Source: Thermoanaerobaculia bacterium (GTDB lineage: Bacteria; Acidobacteriota; Thermoanaerobaculia; Multivoradales; UBA5704). From it: a stretch of 64,000 nucleotides of DNA. The DNA is taken from the NCBI GenBank assembly GCA_035995205.1, contig DASYKS010000002.1:51026-115025 (forward strand), given 5' to 3'. A program made the translations under genes and the position numbers. Under the pieces are notes generated by a model. That model was given only the letters and a program-made list of their open reading frames with translations. It had not been told where the DNA came from and did no database searches. Shown in pieces: positions 37,037 to 46,073 of this stretch; position 1 is the stretch's first letter; each line of letters begins with the position of its first letter.

Positions 37037-38397
37037 TAGCGCCTATTCCACGATGCCTTTTGGGCAGTAATCAGCGTCACGCTGTTGACCACTTCGACGT
37101 TGATGGAGACGGGTTTGTGGAGAATGTTGACTTGGTGCGAGCAGTCGGTGCCTATGCCGGGCGGCCGCTGCTAGCACGCTGGACAAAGGAAAGGGAGAAG
37201 ATATTCGGTGCTGTTGCTAACCAGCTAATCGTGAGATTGACTAAGGGCGTCCCGAAAAAAGATGCGGTGTCAATGTTACAGGCTGCGTTGTGTGACAGGC
37301 CACATTTGCGCGATAGAATCATGATTCGTGGGAACACAAAGGATCTGCTTCTCGTCGAGCTTCGATCTACTCCAGGGGATCTTGAGAAATCGACAGATGA
37401 GGTCCCGTATCTGCTTACGGCGCTTCCGCGTCTAAAAGGTAATGCCTATTTCGAAGCTAGCCCCAACTATTTGGTTTTCGCACCTGAAGATATTGTCGGA
37501 AGTGCGACTAGCATAGCGGCAGGGCCGAAGCAGGATGACATTTTGCGAATTGGAGGTAAAGCGGCTTGGGGAGAGGGCGGAAGTACTGACATTCGAGTCG
37601 CCATTCTCGACTCTGGAATTGAAGCGACGCATCCTGACCTGGCAGGGAATATCTACTCGGATTCGTCGGGCGCAATTATTGGAGCGAACTTTTCTCAGAG
37701 CGGATCGCTTAATGACGACAGCTATCACGGTACTTTCTGTGCTGGCATTATTGGTGGCACCGGCGTCAAGCATGTAAATGGTGTTTGCCTACAGGTTTCG
37801 CTGATGCCAATCAAATTCTTGGGCCCAGATAGCTGCGGGTCGATTTATGATGCGATGAGAGGTATCGACTACGCGGTCGCTAACGATGCGCATGTTATCT
37901 GTGCCTCATGGGGGGGCATGCCTTTTGACAAAAACATGCGAGACAAAATCTCTCAAGCTAAGAACAGTTTATTCGTGACTGGCTCAGGGAATTTCACCCA
38001 CAACCTCGACACAGATCCTCCTTACTATCCTGCGAGCTTCGGCCTCCCCAATATGATCACAGTTGGTGGCACAGACAATCATGGTAACCCGATTACATGT
38101 TGGGGTGTGGGAGAGAAGAGTGTCCATCTGCTTGCACCTGGAGAGTCAGTCTATTCTACATTGCCACCTCCATTGCTTTGGGGAAGAGATAAAGGAACGT
38201 CGCTCTCTGCGGCCTTTGTTGCCGGGGCTTGCGCGCTCCTTGGGGCGGTTGCACTTAAGGGCGGTCGCCAATGGGACCCTGCGTGGGTCAAGTCAACCCT
38301 GCTACAACGGGTTTTACCGTTAGGTAGCGCGAAGTTGCTCTGCGTTTCGGGTGGCGAACTCAACCTTGCAGAACTGATAAAATTGCCCTTGCCATGA
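37033..38397 (+). CDS. S8-family subtilisin-like serine protease without signal peptide (N-terminal roughly 170-aa propeptide-like region)
   Basis: 454 aa. Catalytic triad: D in VAILDSGIEATHPDL, H in SYHGTFCAGIIGG, S in GTSLSAAFVAGACA. Oxyanion Asn is in GSGNF. Confidence 0.85.
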   Translation: MIAPIPRCLLGSNQRHAVDHFDVDGDGFVENVDLVRAVGAYAGRPLLARWTKEREKIFGAVANQLIVRLTKGVPKKDAVSMLQAALCDRPHLRDRIMIRGNTKDLLLVELRSTPGDLEKSTDEVPYLLTALPRLKGNAYFEASPNYLVFAPEDIVGSATSIAAGPKQDDILRIGGKAAWGEGGSTDIRVAILDSGIEATHPDLAGNIYSDSSGAIIGANFSQSGSLNDDSYHGTFCAGIIGGTGVKHVNGVCLQVSLMPIKFLGPDSCGSIYDAMRGIDYAVANDAHVICASWGGMPFDKNMRDKISQAKNSLFVTGSGNFTHNLDTDPPYYPASFGLPNMITVGGTDNHGNPITCWGVGEKSVHLLAPGESVYSTLPPPLLWGRDKGTSLSAAFVAGACALLGAVALKGGRQWDPAWVKSTLLQRVLPLGSAKLLCVSGGELNLAELIKLPLP

Positions 38398-38674
38398 GGT
38401 TGCTGCTTCGGGATTGCGACGTGAGATCAAGCTCATTGTGTCTTTCACGGAGTTCCTGAAGTGACATCCGTTGGTCCGTGAGTGAAAGATGGTTCTAGGT
38501 CATCTGGCCTGAGGGAACGACGTCAGTAGGCGAGTCCGCCGGTTGCCTGCCCAGTCTCGCCGGCCGAGCGATGTTAGGGGGCGATTTTCCCACTCGCCCT
38601 CCACCCCTGACACCTAGCTCTTCGTATAGTCTCGACAAGAACCAAGAGGGACGTAGAGAAGGGACCCCCCGAGG

Positions 38675-39373
38675 ATGAGGATTCTGGTCGTCGAGGACGA
38701 ACCTGCGCTTTCCTCGGCGCTTGCCGAGTTGTTGCGGCGTGAGTTCTATGCCGTGGACGTGGCCGAGGATGGGGCGACGGCGGAGGAATTGGCTTCGGTC
38801 AACACCTATGACTTGATCGTTCTGGACTGGACGATTCCCGCTCCGAGCGGGATCGAGCTTTTACGCGGGTGGCGGGAGAACGGGGATCAGACCCCTGTTT
38901 TGATGCTCACGGCGCGGAGCGGGGTGGACGATCGGGTGGACGGTCTGGACACCGGGGCGGACGATTTTCTGGCGAAGCCATTCTCGCTCGCGGAGTTTTT
39001 GGCCCGGGTGAGGAGCCTTTTGCGGCGGCGGGCGCGGACGTTGCAGAGCGAGCTTTCCGCGGCGGATCTGGCGATGGACCGGGCGGCGCGGCGGGTGACG
39101 GTCGGCGGCCGGCCTCTGGATTTGTCGCCCAAGGAGTTTGCGTTGCTGGAGTTTCTGCTCACTCGGCGCGACCAGGTGGTCACTCGCACCGAGATCTCGG
39201 AGCACGTCTGGGACGACTCGTTCGATTCGTTCGCCAACGTGGTCGACGTGACGATCCACCGTCTGCGGAAGAAGATCGACGGCGACCGGACGGATCGCTT
39301 GCTGCAGACGGTCAAGGGGGTCGGTTACGTGCTGCGTGGCGCGCGCGCGGTCCCGCCCGAGCCGGAGGGCTGA
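38675..39373 (+). CDS. OmpR-family response regulator
   Basis: 232 aa. MRILVVEDEP...DLIVLDWTIP...LTAR...GADDFLAKPF, plus a winged-helix C-terminus (GVGYVL). Confidence 0.9.
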   Translation: MRILVVEDEPALSSALAELLRREFYAVDVAEDGATAEELASVNTYDLIVLDWTIPAPSGIELLRGWRENGDQTPVLMLTARSGVDDRVDGLDTGADDFLAKPFSLAEFLARVRSLLRRRARTLQSELSAADLAMDRAARRVTVGGRPLDLSPKEFALLEFLLTRRDQVVTRTEISEHVWDDSFDSFANVVDVTIHRLRKKIDGDRTDRLLQTVKGVGYVLRGARAVPPEPEG

Positions 39374-41229
39374 TGCCTTTTTCGGATCTTCCGGCGCTTG
39401 AGTCGCCGCCGCCTCCTGCCGGGTCGAGACGGGGTTTGCGCCTGCCGGTCTTGATTTTGGTGCTCGGCGGCGCCGCGTCGTTTCTGTGGGGTACGTCCTA
39501 CAAGGTGTCCGAGCAGCAGCGGCTGCGGGACCGGGCGCTGATCCGCGCCACGCGGGAAATCAGCCTGGCGATGGCCACGTCCCATCTCTGGCTCGAAGAG
39601 GTGCTGACCGGGGACCACATCGATCGGCGGCAGATCTGGGGGCGGCTCGACCATGCGCACGATCTCGCGCTCCGGCTTCTCGACGGCGGCCGGTTGCCCG
39701 CGGACGGGATTGCACTGCCTCCAATCGAAGATCGGGATCAGCGTCGGCGGGTCGAAAACCTGCTGGCCGACATCGATCGGCTCCGTAACCTGGCGAGCGA
39801 ACGGTTGCACGGGTTGGACACCGGCGTCGCGACGGGAGTGGGAACGGAGATCGATGCCCTGTACGACCTCCTGTTCGAGCATGCCCTCAAAGAGGCGGCG
39901 GTGCTCGAAAAGGAGCTCGAGGGACGGATCCTGCACGACGACGATCGGACCCGCCGGACCTTTCTCGGTTTCCTCCTTCTCTGGCTGGCCATCGTGATCG
40001 TCTCTGCGATCGGTCTTTGGCGGCGGGAGGTGCGGCGCCTGGCCGCCGAGGAATCGCTGCGCAAGAGCGAGGCCCAGCTGCTCCAGGCGCAGAAGATGGA
40101 GGCGGTCGGCCGGCTCGCGGGCGGCCTTGCCCACGACGTAAACAACTTCGTCACCGCAATCACCAGCCAATGCGAGTTGGTCCAGCTCGATGCGGAACCG
40201 GGGGGTCCGCTCGACGTCCGAATGGACCTGGTGATCGGGACCGCGCAGAAAATCTCGGGCCTCATCCGGCGGCTTCTGGCCTTCAGCCGGCGCCAGGCGA
40301 TCCAGCCGCAGGTGGTGCGATTGAACCGGGTCGTCGCCGGTCTGGAGGCAATGATGCGTGGATTGATCGGCGAGGACATCCAGCTCGAAACCGTGCTCGG
40401 CGACGAGGTCTGGCCGGTGAAGATCGATCTTTCCCAAGTCGAGCAAATCGTCCTCAACCTGGTCGTCAACGCCCGAGAAGCGAGCCCGCGCGGCGGCCGG
40501 ATCATGATCGAGACGGTGAATTTTTCGATCGATCGCGGCCTGTTCGAGGGACCGACGGTGGTGGCGCCGGGCGACTACGTGCTGCTCGCGGTGTCCGACA
40601 CCGGCATCGGGATCCCGCCGGAGCTGAAGGATCAGATCTTCGAGCCGTTCTTCACCACCAAGACCGGCACGGGCAACGGGCTTGGGCTCGCCACGGTGTA
40701 TGGCATCGTCAAACAGGCGGGCGGCCACATCTCGGTTTACAGCGAGGTGGGCCGCGGCACGACGTTCAAGATCTATCTGCCGCGGACGATGGAGGCCGAG
40801 CCGCAGCCCGCCGTTCTGGCGGCGCCGAGCCTCGGCCGGCGCGGGTCGAGCGGCCGCGAACGGATCTTGCTGGTCGAGGACAACGGCGAGCTACGCGAGG
40901 CGACCGGCGGCATTCTTGCGGCCTACGGCTACCGGGTCACGGCGGTCGAGAGCGGCGAGGCGGCGCTCGAAGCGATCGACCGAGGGGTCGCGCTCGACTT
41001 GGTGGTCTCCGACGTCGTGATGCCCGGGCTGTCGGGCAAGGACGTGCTCGATCGCATTCGCGAGCGGCGCCCGGACCTGCCGGTGCTGTTCATGTCCGGT
41101 TATACCGACAACGTGATCTTCCGACACGGCCTGCTCACGGGAGAGCTGGATTTCTTGGAAAAGCCATTCGCCGCGGCGCGCCTGACCGCCAAAGTGCGCG
41201 AGATCCTCGATCGGAAGGTTGTGGCTTAA
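39373..41229 (+). CDS. hybrid sensor histidine kinase / response regulator
   Basis: 618 aa from the ATG at 39373, with a 1-nt TGATG overlap. It has two TM helices. H-box is GGLAHDVNNFV and the G-boxes include GNGLGLATVYGIVKQAGG. The C-terminal receiver reads ILLVEDNGELRE...VVSDVVMPGLSG. Confidence 0.85.
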   Translation: MPFSDLPALESPPPPAGSRRGLRLPVLILVLGGAASFLWGTSYKVSEQQRLRDRALIRATREISLAMATSHLWLEEVLTGDHIDRRQIWGRLDHAHDLALRLLDGGRLPADGIALPPIEDRDQRRRVENLLADIDRLRNLASERLHGLDTGVATGVGTEIDALYDLLFEHALKEAAVLEKELEGRILHDDDRTRRTFLGFLLLWLAIVIVSAIGLWRREVRRLAAEESLRKSEAQLLQAQKMEAVGRLAGGLAHDVNNFVTAITSQCELVQLDAEPGGPLDVRMDLVIGTAQKISGLIRRLLAFSRRQAIQPQVVRLNRVVAGLEAMMRGLIGEDIQLETVLGDEVWPVKIDLSQVEQIVLNLVVNAREASPRGGRIMIETVNFSIDRGLFEGPTVVAPGDYVLLAVSDTGIGIPPELKDQIFEPFFTTKTGTGNGLGLATVYGIVKQAGGHISVYSEVGRGTTFKIYLPRTMEAEPQPAVLAAPSLGRRGSSGRERILLVEDNGELREATGGILAAYGYRVTAVESGEAALEAIDRGVALDLVVSDVVMPGLSGKDVLDRIRERRPDLPVLFMSGYTDNVIFRHGLLTGELDFLEKPFAAARLTAKVREILDRKVVA

Positions 41230-42839
41230 TCCAGATCGATCCAATCGCCCTCGGGCACGAAACCTTTCGTCACCACGTCGAGCTTCACCAGATAAGCGCC
41301 GCGGGCGCCCATCCGTTTGCCGGGCCGGAAGCGGAGCGGGGGAGAGACCCCGGTGTCGTAACGCTCGAAGGTTTCGAGCGTCGCGATCAGGTGGTCGCGG
41401 GTGAGATCGCGGCCGATTTTTTCGAGCGCCGCGACCATGAGCTTGATCGCCGCGAGCGCCGCTCCTTGAGTGCCGAGATCTCCGGAGGTGAGCCGGTGCG
41501 CCGTGGCGAGCGCCCGCCATTCGGCCGCCTCCTCGGATTTCAGATCGAGCGGGCGGACCGGAAACGCGAGACGGACCCCTTCCGCGAGCGCGGTCGGCAG
41601 GTCCAGCAGAGCCCGGTCCGCGTACGCGCCGAGCGCCAGGAGGCGCGGTCGCGAGCCGAGCCGGTCGAGCGCGAGCAGCAGGGCCGAGGCGTCGCGGGCG
41701 GGGCCCAGGTGGATGATCGCGGTAACGTTTTTTGCGGCGAAATCGCGGGCGGCGACTTCGACCCAGGGGTCATTCGGGCCGCCGGCGGCGGAGTAGCGTC
41801 GAATTACGGTGGGGGCATATCCGCGGCGTTCGGCCTCGGCGACCACCGCGTCGGCGAGCGGCGAGATCTCGGCGGCGTCCGAAGCGACCAGGGCGAACGC
41901 CGGCCGCACGGTTTCCTTAGCCAGTGTTTCGACCAAGGCGCGCGCCTGATCGGCGGGCGAAGCGAGGAGATAGAACGTCTCGCGGTCGAGGTCGGCGTCG
42001 GCCGGTGGAAACAGGCTGATCGCGCCGACCGCCGGAACCTCGCGCTCTTCGAGCAGGTCGGCCAGGGCCCGGTCCGAGCCCGGCGCGCCGGAGAGGTCCG
42101 GAGCCACCAGGGCGAGCACGGGGATACGATCTAGAAAGTCCGCGGCGATCCGGGCGCGATCCGCCGCGTTGCCCGTGAGCGTTTCGGCCGCCAGCTCCAG
42201 CTTCCGGCCGTAGAGGCCGCCGCGCTGGTTGACCTCGGCGACCGAGGCGTCGAGGAGAGCTCGCGTGACCCCACCCGGTTCGCCCGGGGCGAGCAGCGCG
42301 CCGAGCCGCACGGTGGTGGCCGAAACGCCGGGGATTGGCTCGTTGCCCACCCGCTTCAAATAGGCGACCAGATTGGCGATGTCCGCCTGGCTCATCCGGT
42401 AGCGCGGCATCGTCGGATTGAGCGGATTGCCCGCCGGATCGAACCCGAGCGTGACCGCGCGCTTGACGCTCTTTTCGTCGTACGGCGGATGGGTGCGGCC
42501 GAGCAGCGCGCCCGAGCCGTACGGCTTGGTGAGAGAGTCCCAGGTGATGTTCGAGGGGGCGATCCCTCCCTCGGGCCGGCCCCGGCCGTCGCGGCCGTGG
42601 CAGCTGCCGCACGGCAGGGTGACGCCGGGGACCGCGCTTTCGGGTCCGCCCGATCCCATCACCGCCGTGATCTCGCCGCCCGTGCCGCTTTCGCCGGCCA
42701 GGAACAGCCGCTTGCCGCGCGACTCCTCGGGGGAAAGCGGCGCCGGCTCCCCGGCCGCGGCGGCGAACCGGGGAATCGCGAGACCCGCGGCGAGCAGCAG
42801 GGCGAGCGCAAACGGGAGACGCCGGGTCTGGGTGTTCAT
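41226..42839 (-). CDS. fusion of a mono-haem cytochrome c domain to a type-1 periplasmic (Leu/Ile/Val-type) solute-binding domain
   Basis: 537 aa from the ATG at 42839 (MNTQTRRLPFALALLLAAG). The haem motif is CGSCH and PMPRY lies downstream. VRLGALLAPGEPGG...GLYGRKLEL is typical of the Peripla_BP_6 fold. An ATGA overlap couples it to the upstream SCO gene. Confidence 0.65.
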   Translation of the reverse strand: MNTQTRRLPFALALLLAAGLAIPRFAAAAGEPAPLSPEESRGKRLFLAGESGTGGEITAVMGSGGPESAVPGVTLPCGSCHGRDGRGRPEGGIAPSNITWDSLTKPYGSGALLGRTHPPYDEKSVKRAVTLGFDPAGNPLNPTMPRYRMSQADIANLVAYLKRVGNEPIPGVSATTVRLGALLAPGEPGGVTRALLDASVAEVNQRGGLYGRKLELAAETLTGNAADRARIAADFLDRIPVLALVAPDLSGAPGSDRALADLLEEREVPAVGAISLFPPADADLDRETFYLLASPADQARALVETLAKETVRPAFALVASDAAEISPLADAVVAEAERRGYAPTVIRRYSAAGGPNDPWVEVAARDFAAKNVTAIIHLGPARDASALLLALDRLGSRPRLLALGAYADRALLDLPTALAEGVRLAFPVRPLDLKSEEAAEWRALATAHRLTSGDLGTQGAALAAIKLMVAALEKIGRDLTRDHLIATLETFERYDTGVSPPLRFRPGKRMGARGAYLVKLDVVTKGFVPEGDWIDLD

Positions 42840-43459
42840 CCCTGATCCTTTGCGACGCTTTCGACGATCTCCACGATCTCTTTCGGCTTGGCGACGCCGA
42901 GCGCCTTCTTCCACAGGCCGGTCTGATCGTTGCCGATCGTGAAGACGGCGGAGTGGGCCTCGCGGTTTTCGGAATAGAGGCCGAGCTTTTTGAGCGCGGT
43001 CTCCCAGTTGGCTTGCGTGCCGGTGAGGAAGTACCAGCCCGGCTTGGCGTGGAAGCGTTCGGAGAAAGCTTTCATCTTCGCCGGGGTATCTTTCGGATCG
43101 ACCGAGAACGACAGGATGATGACGTCTTTACCCATCCGGTCGCCCGCCCATTCCTGGACCCGTTCGAGGGTGCCCGCCATCACCGGACAGACCCCGGCGC
43201 ATTCGGTGAACATGGCCTGGATGATCACGATTTTGCCCTGGAGCAGGTCGGCGTAGAAGCGGTGCTCCGTGCCGTTTTGGTCGACCAGGGGCGCGTTCGT
43301 GAAGTAGCGCTCGGCGGGGCTGCCGGGGCCGGTTTTTGCGGCGACCACGGGCGTTTCCGGCGACTGTGGCGGATCCTCTGCACGGAGGGCGCCCGCGAAG
43401 CCGGCGCAGAAGAGTAGCGCGAGCGGAAGAGAGAGAGCTTGAGCGAGGCGCATGGTCAT
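42836..43459 (-). CDS. SCO1/SenC-family copper chaperone (thioredoxin fold)
   Basis: 207 aa. It has a signal/anchor, a Cu-binding motif CAGVCP in FTEC-AGVCP, and ...SVDP. AAGGAAGG SD. Confidence 0.8.
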   Translation of the reverse strand: MTMRLAQALSLPLALLFCAGFAGALRAEDPPQSPETPVVAAKTGPGSPAERYFTNAPLVDQNGTEHRFYADLLQGKIVIIQAMFTECAGVCPVMAGTLERVQEWAGDRMGKDVIILSFSVDPKDTPAKMKAFSERFHAKPGWYFLTGTQANWETALKKLGLYSENREAHSAVFTIGNDQTGLWKKALGVAKPKEIVEIVESVAKDQG

Positions 43460-44064
43460 TTTCCTTCCTTCATTTTGGTGGTTGCACCCCCGAGGCCGTC
43501 GAGCAGCTCGGCGAGCTGGGCCGCCGGAGCGAGCGAGTAGGCCCGGGTCCAGCGCTTGTCGCGGTCGTTGCCGAGCAGCAGCGACGGGGTATGCCGCTTG
43601 ATATCGACGTCGAAGGCGCCGAGCGATTTGAGCAGGCGGACGATCTCGTCCTTCTCTCCCGTCACCAGCGTCCAACCGGGACCGGCGCCGAGCTTTTCGG
43701 ACCATGCCTTGAGCTTGGCGGGAGTGTCGGATTGCGGATCGATCGACACCGAGATCAGATGGACGTCTTTGCCGGCTTTGGCGCCGAGCAGCTTGCGGAG
43801 CTCGGCGAAGCGCGCACCCTGCGGCGTGCAGATCGTGCTGCACGTGGTGAAGACGAAGTTGACCGCGACGACTTTGCCTTGGATCAGGTCGCGGTAGAAA
43901 TGGATCTTCTTGCCGTCCTGATCGACCAGGGAGACGTCCGGAATCGTCATGGGAGCCAGCTCGGTCGTCGCTCCGGGGCCGGCACCGGCCGGGGCTCCCG
44001 AGAGCGCGAGCGAGAGGACGATGCCGGCCAGAGGAGCGAGCGAAAACCAAGTGCGGAGAGTCAT
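43456..44064 (-). CDS. SCO1/SenC-family copper chaperone, second paralog
   Basis: 202 aa. FVFTTCSTICT (CxxxC) and ISVSIDP. ATGA overlaps on both sides. Confidence 0.8.
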   Translation of the reverse strand: MTLRTWFSLAPLAGIVLSLALSGAPAGAGPGATTELAPMTIPDVSLVDQDGKKIHFYRDLIQGKVVAVNFVFTTCSTICTPQGARFAELRKLLGAKAGKDVHLISVSIDPQSDTPAKLKAWSEKLGAGPGWTLVTGEKDEIVRLLKSLGAFDVDIKRHTPSLLLGNDRDKRWTRAYSLAPAAQLAELLDGLGGATTKMKEGK

Positions 44065-46073
44065 GACTGCGGCGCTCCTTCGTTCGGCGGTTGGACTGTA
44101 GAGGGGGCGGATGCGGCGACCGGTGCGGATGCGGCAGGCACCTCGGTCGTATCGATTACCGTGGCCGGCGATTTTTCGACCTTCAGCCCCGCCGAGGTGG
44201 ATTCGACGAAGACGAAGTAGATCCCCTCCTCGGAAGGAGTGAAGCGGGTCTGGTAGACGCCGGGCTCGACCTCGGTGGCGGGCAGGGCGCGGCGATTGAC
44301 GCCCGGCGAGAGGAACGTGACGATGCGGACGTCCGAGAGCCCGGTCAACAGGGACTCGTCGGCCGTGCGGGAGAGGCGGAAGCGAAGGTTCACCTCGTGC
44401 CCCGGAGCGATCTTGGAATTCGGCTGAAGGGCGGTCGCGACAACCGGGGAGCGGGTATCGGGTTTGTCCGGATTCGCTTCGATCGTGAAGGGGAAGCATT
44501 CGACCATCCGCGGCGAGTTGACCAACAGGGTCAGGTCGCGCCGGCCGGCAGGGCCGAGCAGAAACGTGGTCGAGTAGCGGCCCGGTCCGGCGGGGCGTAA
44601 AGAGCGATCGACGGCGAGCACGGCGCGCGGCTGTCGCGAGTAGTTCTGGAAACTGCCCATCGGCGCCGCCATGCCCTCCTTGTAGTAGTAGATCATCCGG
44701 TCTTCCGGGTTCGCGAGCAGGATGGCGTCTTCACCCGGAGCCTGCACGATGCCGGCCGCGGGGGTCGGCAGATCCATCCTTCCGGGCGGGTTCTGACCGC
44801 CGGGAAAGTCGACCACCGGAACCGCCGCTCCTTCGTGTCCGACCTGCGAGAGCGGAATCATCAGAATGGTTTCGCTGCCGCGATGACGGACGTAGGCGAT
44901 GTCCTGGCTGAACGAGACCTGATCGGGCTCGCTTTCGACTCCGGGGCTCTGGACGATCCGCGGTCCGGCGGCGTCGACGATCGAGACGACGTTCTTCTTC
45001 GGGTTCGGCACGAAGCCGAGCCGGCCGTCGGGCGAAAAGCGGATCTGCGCGAGACCGGGTTCGGCCTGAAGCCGGACCAGCGGCCGTTCGGGGTCGGACG
45101 AGACGGAGACGATCGCGCCGTCGCCTTGGCAGGCCACGAACGCCGAGGCCGCCGGCTCGGACCAGGCGATCGAGACCGGCTGCTTGCAGGTCTCCACCCG
45201 GCGGATCTCGGCCAGGGTACGCACGTCGATCACCGAGACGCCGCCCGATTCGCGATTGGAGACGAAGACGTAACGGTCGTCGCCCGAGATCGCTAGATCG
45301 TGCGGCCCGGCGCCGAGGGGGATCGCCGCCGCCTGTTCGAGCTTGACGGTGTCGATCGCCACGACTCCCGGATCGTTCTTGCCGCCGTCGATCGCCACCC
45401 AGAGATAGCGCTCGTCGGGTTGGAGCATCAGGCGTCCCGCCCCTTTGCCCGCGGGGACGTTGGCGATCACTTTCCAGCTTTCGGTGTCGATCACCGCGAT
45501 CTCGCCCGCCTCGGCCATCGAAACGTAAAGGCGAAGCTGGTCTTTGGACAGCGTCCAATCGGTGCCGGCGCTCTTCAAGAAAACCATGTCGAGCAGTTTG
45601 CTGCCGCCGAAGGTGAACAACGGATCGACCACCGTGATCGTCGCGTCGTCGTTCAGGCCCAGGACGAAGTACGCGTTCAGGTCGTGCTCCGGTGGATTGA
45701 GCAGCGAGCCGCCGACGAAGCCCTGCAATTTCTTTTTGCACTCCTCCGGGTCGCTCGACTTGGCGGCCGGGGTGAGCGCGTCGATCCAGGCGCCTGGGAA
45801 CAGTCCGTCGAGCGGGGCCTTGGTGTTGGCGTCTTTGAACTCCAAACGGACGCGGGCCTCTTCGCCTTCCCGCAGCGGAGCGCCCGCACGAACGGCTTCC
45901 AGGTAGACCTCGACCGCGATACCGCCGACTTCGGCGTGGCCGATGGGGGAAGAACGGGAGAGGGCGGGAAGGGCGGGAGCCCCACCGGCCAACGCCCTCC
46001 CCGCGAACGGGGAGAGCAGAAGGCCGAGCAGGGCACCCGCGACCCGCCGAAGGGCGGGGGCGTTATTTGACAC
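44061..46073 (-). CDS. secreted beta-propeller (YVTN/lactonase-type repeat) protein with a C-terminal Ig-like region
   Basis: About 670 aa from the GTG at 46073, with signal peptide SNNAPALRRVAGALLGLLLSPFAGRALA. Repeats of the type LYVSMAEAGEIAVIDTESWKV and RYVFVSNRESGGVSVIDVRT. It overlaps the MCO stop by 11 nt. Confidence 0.65.
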   Translation of the reverse strand: MSNNAPALRRVAGALLGLLLSPFAGRALAGGAPALPALSRSSPIGHAEVGGIAVEVYLEAVRAGAPLREGEEARVRLEFKDANTKAPLDGLFPGAWIDALTPAAKSSDPEECKKKLQGFVGGSLLNPPEHDLNAYFVLGLNDDATITVVDPLFTFGGSKLLDMVFLKSAGTDWTLSKDQLRLYVSMAEAGEIAVIDTESWKVIANVPAGKGAGRLMLQPDERYLWVAIDGGKNDPGVVAIDTVKLEQAAAIPLGAGPHDLAISGDDRYVFVSNRESGGVSVIDVRTLAEIRRVETCKQPVSIAWSEPAASAFVACQGDGAIVSVSSDPERPLVRLQAEPGLAQIRFSPDGRLGFVPNPKKNVVSIVDAAGPRIVQSPGVESEPDQVSFSQDIAYVRHRGSETILMIPLSQVGHEGAAVPVVDFPGGQNPPGRMDLPTPAAGIVQAPGEDAILLANPEDRMIYYYKEGMAAPMGSFQNYSRQPRAVLAVDRSLRPAGPGRYSTTFLLGPAGRRDLTLLVNSPRMVECFPFTIEANPDKPDTRSPVVATALQPNSKIAPGHEVNLRFRLSRTADESLLTGLSDVRIVTFLSPGVNRRALPATEVEPGVYQTRFTPSEEGIYFVFVESTSAGLKVEKSPATVIDTTEVPAASAPVAASAPSTVQPPNEGAPQS

